From NCBI GenBank assembly GCA_964360065.1, contig CAYHTW010000001.1, positions 6,526-70,525 on the forward strand: 64,000 nt of DNA. The letters are read 5' to 3'. The notes below the pieces were generated by a model that did no database searches, was not told the DNA's origin, and saw only the letters and a list, made by a program, of their open reading frames with translations. Positions 1 to 7,828 of the stretch are shown here, piece by piece. How positions within the stretch are numbered: position 1 is the first letter of the stretch; every line of letters starts with the position of its first letter. The DNA is from an uncultured Candidatus Saccharibacteria bacterium (GTDB lineage: Bacteria; Patescibacteriota; Minisyncoccia; UBA6257; Colwellbacteraceae). The position numbers and the translations under genes were made by a program.

Positions 1-60
1 AATAAGTTCTTTTAAATTAAAATAAATATTTAATATGGGGTAACCCATATCCGTAATATT

Positions 61-1341
61 ATGAATATGAGAAAAAACGCAGAAACAAGTAATTTATGGG
101 ATGTTGTGGTTATTGGTGGCGGACCGGCTGGGATGATGGCGGCGGGCCGTGCCGCCGAACTAGGACGATCTGTTCTATTACTAGAGAAAAATCCAACGTT
201 GGGTAAAAAGCTTCTCATTACCGGTGGCGGAAGATGTAATTTAACTAATAACAAGCCTGAGGTCAGAACGATGCTTGCGAAGTATAAGGGCAGTGGAAAG
301 TTTCTTTTTTCGGCCTTCTCGCAGTTTGGAGCAAAAGAGACCATCCAGTTTTTCAATAAACGCGGCTTGAGCACGAAAGAAGAAGCAGAAGAGAGAATCT
401 TCCCTACGTCTAATAAAGCTCAGTCAGTTTGGGATGTACTAGTTACCTATATGAAAGATGGCGGCGTACGAATACAAACGAATGCTGCTGTAGCTAACAT
501 CTCCACTAGTAAGGCTGGGAGTATTATTATCCGTCTCAAAAACCTACCTGGGCAAAATGGCAAAGCAGAAATACTTACACACTCATGCATCGTGGCTACC
601 GGCGGTACTTCTAGGCCAGAAACTGGCTCAACCGGCGATGGGTTTGTTTGGCTTAAGAAAAATGGGCACAAGATTATAGATAACGACTTAACGCTTGTGC
701 CTGTAACTTTGCAGGATGCCTGGGCTAAAAAACTAAGCGGGGTAACGCTTAAAGATATTAAACTTACAACGTTGCAGAACGGGCAGCGCCATGAAGTTCA
801 GAAAGGTAAACTGCTTTTTACCCATGTTGGCGTGAGCGGTCCGACAATTTTAAATATGAGCAGAGGAATCGGCGAGCTCTTGCAGTACGGCAAGGTGACC
901 ATAGAGCTGGATTTATTCCCTAGCCTTGACCAAGGCGCACTTAAACAAAAACTCCAGGAACTCTTGACGGCTGAAAGCAATAAGAAATTAAAGAATATTT
1001 TAAACAAATTCATTCCGTCGGCGTTTGTTTCATCCATGTTAGAACTCGCTAAACTTGATGGCGACACGCCAAATCACAGCGTTAGGCGCGAAGATAGAGT
1101 AAAATTAGTTAAGCTATTTAAGGCTGTCCCGCTTAACGTTAAGGGTTTGTTGGGCGGTAATTATGCCATTGTCTCTTCTGGCGGTGTGGCTTTGGAAGAA
1201 GTTGATTTTAAGACTATGCAATCCCGTCTATTACAAAATCTGTACATTATTGGCGATGTCTTGAATATTGATCGTCCTTCCGGCGGCTACAGTCTGCAAC
1301 TCGCCTGGACTACCGGATACGTCGCTGGTAGTAATAGTTAA
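61..1341 (+). CDS. HI0933/BaiN/YhiN-family NAD(P)/FAD-dependent flavoprotein
   Basis: VIGGGPAGMMAA dinucleotide motif, GKKLLITGGGRCNLTN, LFTHxGVSGP, GGYSLQxAW; start could be ATG at 67. Confidence 0.9.
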   Translation: MNMRKNAETSNLWDVVVIGGGPAGMMAAGRAAELGRSVLLLEKNPTLGKKLLITGGGRCNLTNNKPEVRTMLAKYKGSGKFLFSAFSQFGAKETIQFFNKRGLSTKEEAEERIFPTSNKAQSVWDVLVTYMKDGGVRIQTNAAVANISTSKAGSIIIRLKNLPGQNGKAEILTHSCIVATGGTSRPETGSTGDGFVWLKKNGHKIIDNDLTLVPVTLQDAWAKKLSGVTLKDIKLTTLQNGQRHEVQKGKLLFTHVGVSGPTILNMSRGIGELLQYGKVTIELDLFPSLDQGALKQKLQELLTAESNKKLKNILNKFIPSAFVSSMLELAKLDGDTPNHSVRREDRVKLVKLFKAVPLNVKGLLGGNYAIVSSGGVALEEVDFKTMQSRLLQNLYIIGDVLNIDRPSGGYSLQLAWTTGYVAGSNS

Positions 1342-1361
1342 TTTTGCTGTACTATAAAATA

Positions 1362-2174
1362 TCAGAAACTAAAAAGCTTATCTTCGCTCACTCCTCCACT
1401 TTTCTTTGATAATTTCTTAAGTTTTTCGTGTTCAGCTCTTGCTGCTGTATAAACGCAGTAATCACAATCCTTGCCTTCGCCGGGGATTGTCTCGGACATT
1501 AAACATTTTTTAACATCTTTGATGGTTTTCTCTATCCAATCGGTATTCCCTTCGTAAGAGATTACTTTAATATCAAACTCCAATTTGGCATCAAAGGCCT
1601 CTCTATCTGTTTTACCGTTGCAGTAAACAAAGTAACCTATACTGGAAACTTTAAAACCGTTCTGACGAAATAGCCATTGATAAATCTCCATCTGGCGGCG
1701 ATAACCGTCCTGCCACTCTTCGTCCAAGGTGACTTCTTTAGTTTTAGACGTGGCCTTGTAATCCACGATATACAACTCCCCCGTGGGACTTACCCAAACG
1801 TCATCAACTCCTCCTCTGATTAAAAGATTGGTTGGCTGATGCAAATATTTAATACCGCGAATTCTGGCGTCACGCCATTCGTCCATTCTTTCATGAGCTA
1901 AAGGAACGGCATCAATGCCGTAATGCTTCATAAGCGGGTGCGTTGAGCCATTAGCCCGATGAATATCAAACTCTTTTTTGAGAAGGGTATCTACAGCATT
2001 GTTAAGGCTGAATGGATATCCAGGCGGACGAGCCGTACCCAGGCGTTTATCCAAATAGAAACAGCGTGGGCATTGGACGAAGAGATCTATGCCTGTACGG
2101 CTTACAGTAAAGGGTTCATCCGAGGAGGGATCAAAGAGCCCCCTAGTTCTTTGAGGTTTATAATAATCTGACAT
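1362..2174 (-). CDS. PD-(D/E)XK nuclease family protein (RecB/Cas4-like, solo)
   Basis: CPRC near N-terminus, GGVDD...IVDYK, QMEIY, C-terminal CDYC. Confidence 0.8.
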   Translation of the reverse strand: MSDYYKPQRTRGLFDPSSDEPFTVSRTGIDLFVQCPRCFYLDKRLGTARPPGYPFSLNNAVDTLLKKEFDIHRANGSTHPLMKHYGIDAVPLAHERMDEWRDARIRGIKYLHQPTNLLIRGGVDDVWVSPTGELYIVDYKATSKTKEVTLDEEWQDGYRRQMEIYQWLFRQNGFKVSSIGYFVYCNGKTDREAFDAKLEFDIKVISYEGNTDWIEKTIKDVKKCLMSETIPGEGKDCDYCVYTAARAEHEKLKKLSKKSGGVSEDKLFSF

Positions 2175-2207
2175 GGTTTCTTTATTTTACCAGTAGATAA
2201 AGAAAAA

Positions 2208-2238
2208 CAAAAACACCCGCCTAAGGCGGGTGTTTTTG
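2208..2238 (-). terminator. Intrinsic terminator downstream of rnpB
   Basis: caaaaacacccgcc-taa-ggcgggtgtttttg perfect inverted repeat with T/A tracts on both sides. Confidence 0.85.
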
Positions 2239-2341
2239 ATATAGGCAATTCGTAAGCCGGATTCTGTCTGATCCTGCATTATTGCAGGACGAGATAATAA
2301 TTTATCTGGGTCCTTGATTACTCGCGGACTCAAGCGGCACT

Positions 2342-2360
2342 TCCGCCTCATCGGCGGACA
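2342..2360. repeat. 19-bp hairpin element copy 1 in rnpB (tccgcctcatcggcggaca)
   Basis: Identical to 2531-2549; stem tccgcc/ggcgga. Confidence 0.9.
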
Positions 2361-2530
2361 CGGCTTTGCACCCAATAAGGATTTAGCGCGTTTCACCTCC
2401 ACCTTCTTATCCCTATGTGGAGATAGGCCGTCTACGTTGGGATCGGGCCTCCCCTCGATTTCTCTCAGGGCGTTTCTGTTCGCACCTCTCGGCTTTCGCC
2501 TGACGGATGTTATCCGCTACAGAGCTGCTA

Positions 2531-2549
2531 TCCGCCTCATCGGCGGACA
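2531..2549. repeat. 19-bp hairpin element copy 2 in rnpB
   Basis: Identical to 2342-2360. Confidence 0.9.
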
Positions 2550-2653
2550 GGGGTGTCCGGACTTTCCTCTTATCTTTGCTCCAAAGTATATAAAGAACGG
2601 TCAATACTGATTAGGAGAAGTAAAGATAAGCTATTATCTGAATTGCCGAAATT

Positions 2654-2682
2654 TTTATAACACAAAACGGATTTAAAATCAA
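2654..2682 (-). promoter_or_regulatory. Sigma70-type promoter of rnpB
   Basis: TTGATT-N17-TATAAA with TGn extension; predicted +1 near 2647, the start of P1. Confidence 0.7.
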
Positions 2683-2707
2683 ATAGTTTGTATTTAAACA
2701 AAAAGTA

Positions 2708-2739
2708 AAAGGCGGCGATCCATATGGTACGCCGCCTTT
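2708..2739 (-). terminator. Intrinsic terminator after 81-aa gene
   Basis: aaaggcggcg...cgccgccttt stem followed by U-tract on minus strand. Confidence 0.75.
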
Positions 2740-2781
2740 GATATGCGGGAATCATCCCGCGAAAGAACAGTTAGCAACGTA

Positions 2782-3027
2782 TTAGCGTTGCTGGCCCGGG
2801 TTATTATTCCACGGGCGGGTTATTCGCACATAGAGCACGAGACCTACGAACACTGCTACGACACACATAACGATGAGAACAAAGAGACCTACGCCACCGG
2901 TGAGGGTGTTGTAGAGCTTCGGAGTCATCGCGGTGACGATAGCGCTGTTGAGCAATACTCCAAGAATGAAAGCGGGCAAGACGCCAGCAATCACTTGGGC
3001 ACTGCGAGAGGAAAAGAACTTTTGCAT
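2782..3027 (-). CDS. Small two-TM membrane protein, unknown function
   Basis: 81 aa with two hydrophobic stretches; has its own promoter and terminator. Confidence 0.65.
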   Translation of the reverse strand: MQKFFSSRSAQVIAGVLPAFILGVLLNSAIVTAMTPKLYNTLTGGVGLFVLIVMCVVAVFVGLVLYVRITRPWNNNPGQQR

Positions 3028-3151
3028 AACTTTGTCGTCCTGGCCTTACACTACGAGAGTTTCAGCGAGGAGATTATGTTAATTAATAATTCTAGGATTT
3101 CTCGACCTTATGTCCTGTACTTAAAATCCTAATAAAGTACAGGATACTTTC

Positions 3152-3180
3152 TTTATACCATAAATAAGACTATTTGTCAA
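3152..3180 (-). promoter_or_regulatory. Near-consensus sigma70 promoter
   Basis: TTGACA-N17-TATAAA with TGn extension. Confidence 0.75.
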
Positions 3181-3228
3181 TATATAGCCGATTCTATACT
3201 TAGAAGTAATCCCATTACCTTAATTGGG

Positions 3229-3852
3229 TTAACGATGGAAGCCAAGGTCAGCCGGATTGTCTCCCCCGGGAATATGCCCTATCACTCCGCCTGATTTTTC
3301 AAAAACTCTTTTTAACTTAGCCGTTTCATAAGCCAACTCTTTAGTCGCTTCAGCCATATCTTTCTTAATTTTACCCGAAGACCAATAGTCTATGACTAGC
3401 TTGCTGTCTCCAAAAATGTGCTTTATTTTGTGCTTTTTGGCTATTTGGAGAGCATACTTACAAGCCAGTAATTCCCCGAAGTTATTAGTTGTTCCTTTGG
3501 CGAAAACCCAATGCTTCCCGCGATGGTTAATACCTTTAGCGGGGATTACTTGATGCAGTAAGTTGTTCCCCCCTTCATCGGTCACGCTGATTTCTACACC
3601 CTTACCGAAGCCCGTACCGGCATCAAAATAAACCCCTTTGCTAAGATTCTTTTTATGCTTGGACCTAACTTCATAAGTGGCGCCTTGATCCAGCCACAAT
3701 TCGGCTTCTCCACGAGTCGCGAAACCCTTGTATCTGGCACCTACTACTCCTTCAACTTTCTTTTTACAATCAGTCCAACTGTTTTTAATCCCCTTCTCTC
3801 TAGTTGAAGGTATTAGATAGGCGTAATATTTATTTATACTCCGTTTAGACAT
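3229..3852 (-). CDS. Ribonuclease H (HI-type) with N-terminal hybrid-binding (viroplasmin) domain
   Basis: KYYAY...W.DC...V.G..GARYKGF; YFDAG, TNNFGEL, GDSKLV, NPAD acidic motifs. Confidence 0.85.
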   Translation of the reverse strand: MSKRSINKYYAYLIPSTREKGIKNSWTDCKKKVEGVVGARYKGFATRGEAELWLDQGATYEVRSKHKKNLSKGVYFDAGTGFGKGVEISVTDEGGNNLLHQVIPAKGINHRGKHWVFAKGTTNNFGELLACKYALQIAKKHKIKHIFGDSKLVIDYWSSGKIKKDMAEATKELAYETAKLKRVFEKSGGVIGHIPGGDNPADLGFHR

Positions 3853-3865
3853 AAGAATACTAGAG

Positions 3866-4942
3866 TTATTTCTGGATTTTAAGAGCCTTTAGAGCCGGAA
3901 GATTGTCGCCTCCAAGATAGTCCAACATGGCTCCGCCTCCGGTAGAAAGAAAGATATTTTTAGAAGTTTTCCACCCCTTTTGAACCAGCTTCAGAGAAGC
4001 TGTTGTTTCTCCGCCTCCGACCACTACGGAGGCCCTATGGTTAGCCAAAATGGCCCTCCAGACGGCCTTGGTTCCACCTGAATATCTCTTGTCCTCAAAC
4101 AAGCCCATAGGCCCGCCCCAGATTATGGTTCTGGCCTGACTAATGACGGATGTGAAGTAGCGAGCTGTTTCAGGACCGATGTCGGTTATTTTGTTTCTGT
4201 TTCTAACAAAGTCCAAAGGAATTAAGACTTTTTTGTTTTTAATAAGCTCTTTTGCAACCGGGATCATATGAGGCTCAAAAATAGAATTGCCAATTTCACG
4301 GCCCCCCGCTTTTATAAAGGTATTAGCGACTCCACCACCCAAGATAACGTAATCTGTTTTAGCGATTAAGTTTTTAATAACGGCTATTTTGTCCGACACT
4401 TTAGCTCCGCCGATTATAAGAATGAATGGCTTCTTAGTTTTCTTCAGGACCAAGTTTAAATTATTTATTTCAGCCGAGAGCGTTGGGCCGACACTGCCTT
4501 CAATAAACTTAGTTATCCCTACGTTAGATGCGTTTTCACGGTGGGCGGTGGCAAAGTCATCGTTAATATATTTATCTCCAAGGCCAGCTAGTGTTTTAGC
4601 AAAAGAGGCGTCATTAGTCGTTTCTCCCGGGTTAAACCTAAGGTTCTCCATTAGGAAAACTGCGCCCGGATAAGACGCCTTTACAGATAAAGAATCTGAT
4701 GCCAAATCCTGTCCTGTGAGAAAAACAATCTTCTTTTTTAAAGATGCTTCCAGAGGTTTCTGGAATCTCTTCAGGCTAAGTTTTTTATCATAACCATCGG
4801 GACGCCCGAGATGAGCCAGGATTACAACCTTAGCTCCATTTTTATTGAAAACTTTAATGGCTTGAACAGCTTTGCCAAAACGCAGAGATTTGCCTGGGTG
4901 GCTTTCTTCTATGTCCAAGCTGACTCTTAAAAGATATGTCAT
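3866..4942 (-). CDS. pgk: Phosphoglycerate kinase (short, divergent N-terminus)
   Basis: HLGRP, ENLRFNPGE, GGAKVSDKI, GGGET, STGGGA. Confidence 0.9.
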   Translation of the reverse strand: MTYLLRVSLDIEESHPGKSLRFGKAVQAIKVFNKNGAKVVILAHLGRPDGYDKKLSLKRFQKPLEASLKKKIVFLTGQDLASDSLSVKASYPGAVFLMENLRFNPGETTNDASFAKTLAGLGDKYINDDFATAHRENASNVGITKFIEGSVGPTLSAEINNLNLVLKKTKKPFILIIGGAKVSDKIAVIKNLIAKTDYVILGGGVANTFIKAGGREIGNSIFEPHMIPVAKELIKNKKVLIPLDFVRNRNKITDIGPETARYFTSVISQARTIIWGGPMGLFEDKRYSGGTKAVWRAILANHRASVVVGGGETTASLKLVQKGWKTSKNIFLSTGGGAMLDYLGGDNLPALKALKIQK

Positions 4943-4950
4943 TTGACGAA

Positions 4951-5040
4951 TTTAAAGTTTAAAAATCAAAGTGTAAAATTTAATAATGATTTAAACATTT
5001 TAATCTGTCATTCTGATTTTTGATATTTACATATTACATT
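4951..5040. repeat. Degenerate AT-rich heptamer arrays in inverted arrangement
   Basis: tttaaag tttaaaa atcaaag tgtaaaa ... ttctgat ttttgat atttaca tattaca. Confidence 0.45.
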
Positions 5041-5049
5041 AACTAAGAC

Positions 5050-5145
5050 AAAATTTAAACCCCTTCCGAAGAAGGGGCTTAAACCAACAAATTTTAGTGA
5101 CAATCCTCGGTAACGAATTACTAGGGATTGCTAATCACTCACTCT
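5050..5145 (-). ncRNA. Candidate ~95-nt small RNA or leader upstream of pgk
   Basis: Promoter upstream, bulged hairpin 5096-5139 with UUCG loop, then terminator-like cUUCGg hairpin. Confidence 0.45.
5054..5083 (-). terminator. Terminator-like hairpin
   Basis: tttaaaccccttc-cgaa-gaaggggcttaaa; cUUCGg loop on minus strand, followed by U-rich run. Confidence 0.7.
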
Positions 5146-5151
5146 GGGAGT

Positions 5152-5180
5152 ACTATACGCTATTTTTCATTAAAAGTCAA
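5152..5180 (-). promoter_or_regulatory. Sigma70-type promoter
   Basis: TTGACT-N17-TATAGT. Confidence 0.65.
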
Positions 5181-5629
5181 CGGCTCTTGAAAACAAAGAG
5201 CTTGTAACCAATGAAGTTCCAAACGAGAGATACCGCTGTGGCGGCCAATTTAGCCAAGTTATCCCATAGGCCAGCGGCCAGCTCGGTGAAGGGGGCCGAG
5301 GCCGAAAGCCGGAAGCTTAGAATAAAGAACGTTCCTAAGATATAGACAATCAATGTGTTAAGGGCTAGGCCTATAAGGCTGATTGTCAGAAACCTGAAAA
5401 CCTCGGTGGTTTGCACGGAGCCACCCGTACCGAAAGCCCAATACTTATTGAGGAAATAACTATTGATTACAGCAATACCAAAGGAAACGGTATTAAAAAC
5501 CAAAAGCCAAGACCCCGAGTAAGTACCGGTTGTATAAATAAGGACATTAAAGATGGTGAAATCAATGCCGGTGTTAATAATTCCGACAACTCCAAATCTG
5601 GTTATCTGTCCGACAAGACTGTGGGTCAT
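5177..5629 (-). CDS. GtrA family membrane protein
   Basis: QITRFGVVGIINTGIDF, NSYFLNKYWAF, WNFIGYKLFVF. Confidence 0.9.
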   Translation of the reverse strand: MTHSLVGQITRFGVVGIINTGIDFTIFNVLIYTTGTYSGSWLLVFNTVSFGIAVINSYFLNKYWAFGTGGSVQTTEVFRFLTISLIGLALNTLIVYILGTFFILSFRLSASAPFTELAAGLWDNLAKLAATAVSLVWNFIGYKLFVFKSR

Positions 5630-5721
5630 ACCAAGAACGGGAAGCTAAGCGAAACTATCATTATAAAAACAAAGATAATCACAAAAACCTTAACAGCTAA
5701 TTCTTTCTTATTTAATTTCAT
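5626..5721 (-). CDS. 31-aa single-TM microprotein (not in ORF track)
   Basis: MKLNKKELAVKVFVIIFVFIMIVSLSFPFLV*; fills the gap, overlaps the SIMPL gene end, ATGA overlap with gtrA. Confidence 0.6.
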   Translation of the reverse strand: MKLNKKELAVKVFVIIFVFIMIVSLSFPFLV

Positions 5722-6457
5722 AGGTAACACTAACTTGAACTGTTAAATCGCTGCTTCCAGCAGAAATACTTGGCGCGAAGGACGAAGTTTCCATTCCCAA
5801 GGCTCCTCCCTTGTCGTAGGAGCCGTAATAAGGGATAGGGCCACCTTGAGATTCATAGAAATTAGTGACTCTCACAATTTTTACGTGATTAACCTCCGCC
5901 ATCAGTTTTGCCTTGGCCGTAGCCTTATTAAAGGCATCAGCTCTCGCCTGATCCAGGTATTTGTCCGGGTCATCAACAGTGAAAGTCACCGAACCTATTT
6001 CATTAACGCCCTTATCCGACAGGCCGCCAAGAATATCAGCGACTTTATTCAAGTCTCTGACCTTGACCGAAGTGGTTTGGGTCATAGTGTATCCGTCTAT
6101 ATAATTTTTCTTGGTGGTGTCGTTGTAGGCGTACTTAGGAGAGAGGCTGTAATTTGAAGTCTTGATATCTTTGTCGTCTACTCCCTGACTTTTAACGTAA
6201 TCTACGGCAGCAGTTACTTTTCTAGCGTTATTAGTCTCAAGCGCGTTAGGGTTGTTGCCTTCGGAGATTACCGAGAAAGAAAGTTTAGCGATATCTGGAG
6301 AGACTGTTGTTTTTCCCTCGGCGCTTACTGTTATGCTTCTCGCGGGGTAGAGAGAATCTCCCCACTGGAAAGCCAAATACGTCCATATGAGTATGGCCAT
6401 TATAACAACGACCATGAGGACACTTTTTAAAATCTGATAAAAATCAATTTCTTTCAT
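5708..6457 (-). CDS. SIMPL domain (DUF541) protein
   Basis: N-terminal TM, ITVSAEGKTTVSPD, DIKTSNYSLSPKY, ARADAF..A..KA, VSVTYEI. Confidence 0.9.
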   Translation of the reverse strand: MKEIDFYQILKSVLMVVVIMAILIWTYLAFQWGDSLYPARSITVSAEGKTTVSPDIAKLSFSVISEGNNPNALETNNARKVTAAVDYVKSQGVDDKDIKTSNYSLSPKYAYNDTTKKNYIDGYTMTQTTSVKVRDLNKVADILGGLSDKGVNEIGSVTFTVDDPDKYLDQARADAFNKATAKAKLMAEVNHVKIVRVTNFYESQGGPIPYYGSYDKGGALGMETSSFAPSISAGSSDLTVQVSVTYEIK

Positions 6458-6461
6458 ATAC

Positions 6462-7205
6462 TTACATTATATCATTAATTACCCTCCTGAACTCAAGCGG
6501 CTTAAGACTCATCCCCCCAATCAAGGCTCCATCTATGACACGCTGTGATAGAAAAGCTTTAGCGTTACCGGCATTAACCGAACCTCCATAAATAACTTTA
6601 GGTTTAATCTTGGAGAGTGTTTTTTTGATAAAGCTTATCATTAAGGATGCTTCTTCCGGGGTATCTGGCTTAGCTCCCTTGAAGGTACTGATAGCCCAGA
6701 CAGGCTCGTAAGCAACAATTAATCGAGAATTTAGTCCGCCAGTTTGCGGATTGAGTAATAAATTATGGGTACCTTTTAAATCTTTATTTAACTGGCTTCT
6801 TACAAAATCCTTTGCTTTCTTTATGCCTTTTCTACGGATGTTCGCTGGTTCTCCAACACAAAGTACAGCTTTTAATCCGGCCTTAAGAGTCGCTTTAATT
6901 TTAAGATTGATCATTTTGTCAGTTTCCTTAAGATTCTTCCTTCTCTCTGAGTGGCCAATGATGACATACTTAACCTTCATCAACTTCAAGTCAGTGGCTG
7001 AAACTTCACCGGTATATGGTCCGTCGGCCCAGAAAACATTTTGAGCGCCGAGTGAAGAATATTTTAAAACTTTACCAACTGATTCCAAAAAAGGAGATGG
7101 AGGGGTTATAATAACGTTTTTGTCGTCAATCGCCTTGGCAAGTTTAATAGCCGATTTAACATCTGTGGGATTGGATTTCCAGTTGGCTATTATGAGCTTC
7201 CGCAT
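6462..7205 (-). CDS. tpiA: Triosephosphate isomerase
   Basis: IANWK, IIGHSERR, AYEPVWAI, YGGSV. Confidence 0.95.
   Translation of the reverse strand: MRKLIIANWKSNPTDVKSAIKLAKAIDDKNVIITPPSPFLESVGKVLKYSSLGAQNVFWADGPYTGEVSATDLKLMKVKYVIIGHSERRKNLKETDKMINLKIKATLKAGLKAVLCVGEPANIRRKGIKKAKDFVRSQLNKDLKGTHNLLLNPQTGGLNSRLIVAYEPVWAISTFKGAKPDTPEEASLMISFIKKTLSKIKPKVIYGGSVNAGNAKAFLSQRVIDGALIGGMSLKPLEFRRVINDIM
6735..6750. repeat. Degenerate TCCGCC-N4-GGCGGA palindrome inside tpiA
   Basis: tccgccagtttgcgga, 14/16 identical to the aspS copy; encodes NPQTGG. Confidence 0.65.
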
Positions 7206-7210
7206 ACTTT

Positions 7211-7828
7211 TTATCTTAACACTTTGTGTAGACGACGATAAACTAGCCAGGAGATGATGATGATAGCCACAACCACTATAACGCCATCAAAAGCTCTAAA
7301 ATATGGCTCCACGGTTTCCCAACTTTCTCCAGCCAAATAGCCCACCGAAGTGAGGGCTAGGCACCAAATAAAAGAACCCAAAAGAGTGAGGACGGAGAAT
7401 TTCCAGAAATTCACCTTAAAGAGGCCAGCCGGCAAAGAGATGAAGGTTCTGACAATAGGCAAGAGCCGGCCTATAAAGGAAGAGGCCAGACCGAAACGAT
7501 TGAACCACTTTTCGGCTAAAACCACGTCATCGTCATCAAGGACATAAATCTTAATTAAAAAATTGACTCCTTCGCGGCCGTAGTGGCGGGCCAACCAATA
7601 GCTTAAAATAGAGCCGATGAGGTTGGCGAAAGTGGCCACCCAAACCACTGCCCAAAAATTCAATTTCCCCGAAGAGGCCAGGAAACCAGAAAAGGTCATA
7701 ATGATTTCGGAAGGAGCCGGAATGTTGGCGCTCTCTAAGACCATCAAAATAAAAATACCCCAATAACCGGAATAAGAAATAACTCCCAGGATGAAGCTGG
7801 AAACCGTGGTTACTATGGCTTCAAACAT
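7211..7828 (-). CDS. DedA family membrane protein
   Basis: LESANIPAPSE, FIGRLLPIVRTFISLPAG. Confidence 0.92.
   Translation of the reverse strand: MFEAIVTTVSSFILGVISYSGYWGIFILMVLESANIPAPSEIIMTFSGFLASSGKLNFWAVVWVATFANLIGSILSYWLARHYGREGVNFLIKIYVLDDDDVVLAEKWFNRFGLASSFIGRLLPIVRTFISLPAGLFKVNFWKFSVLTLLGSFIWCLALTSVGYLAGESWETVEPYFRAFDGVIVVVAIIIISWLVYRRLHKVLR

Larger units (their letters stand above)
2244..2647 (-). ncRNA. rnpB: RNase P RNA
   Basis: Minus strand has GAGGAAAGUCCGG (P4 5'), ACAGAAA, GGUGAAAC, ACAGAAUCCGGCUUA (P4 3'); P1 GGCAAUUC/GAAUUGCC; long P3 closed by CUUAUCUUU/AAAGAUAAG. Confidence 0.95.

Noticed and set aside
1362-2174. Cas4-like gene as part of a CRISPR-Cas system
   Set aside because: No repeat-spacer array or other cas genes seen in the window.
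2187-2755. Short ORFs 2187-2402, 2314-2610, 2413-2604 and 2570-2755
   Set aside because: They overlap RNase P RNA and its promoter or terminator; the translations are not protein-like.
2743-3132. 129-aa plus-strand ORF
   Set aside because: Antisense shadow of the 81-aa gene; promoter and terminator orientation favour the minus strand.
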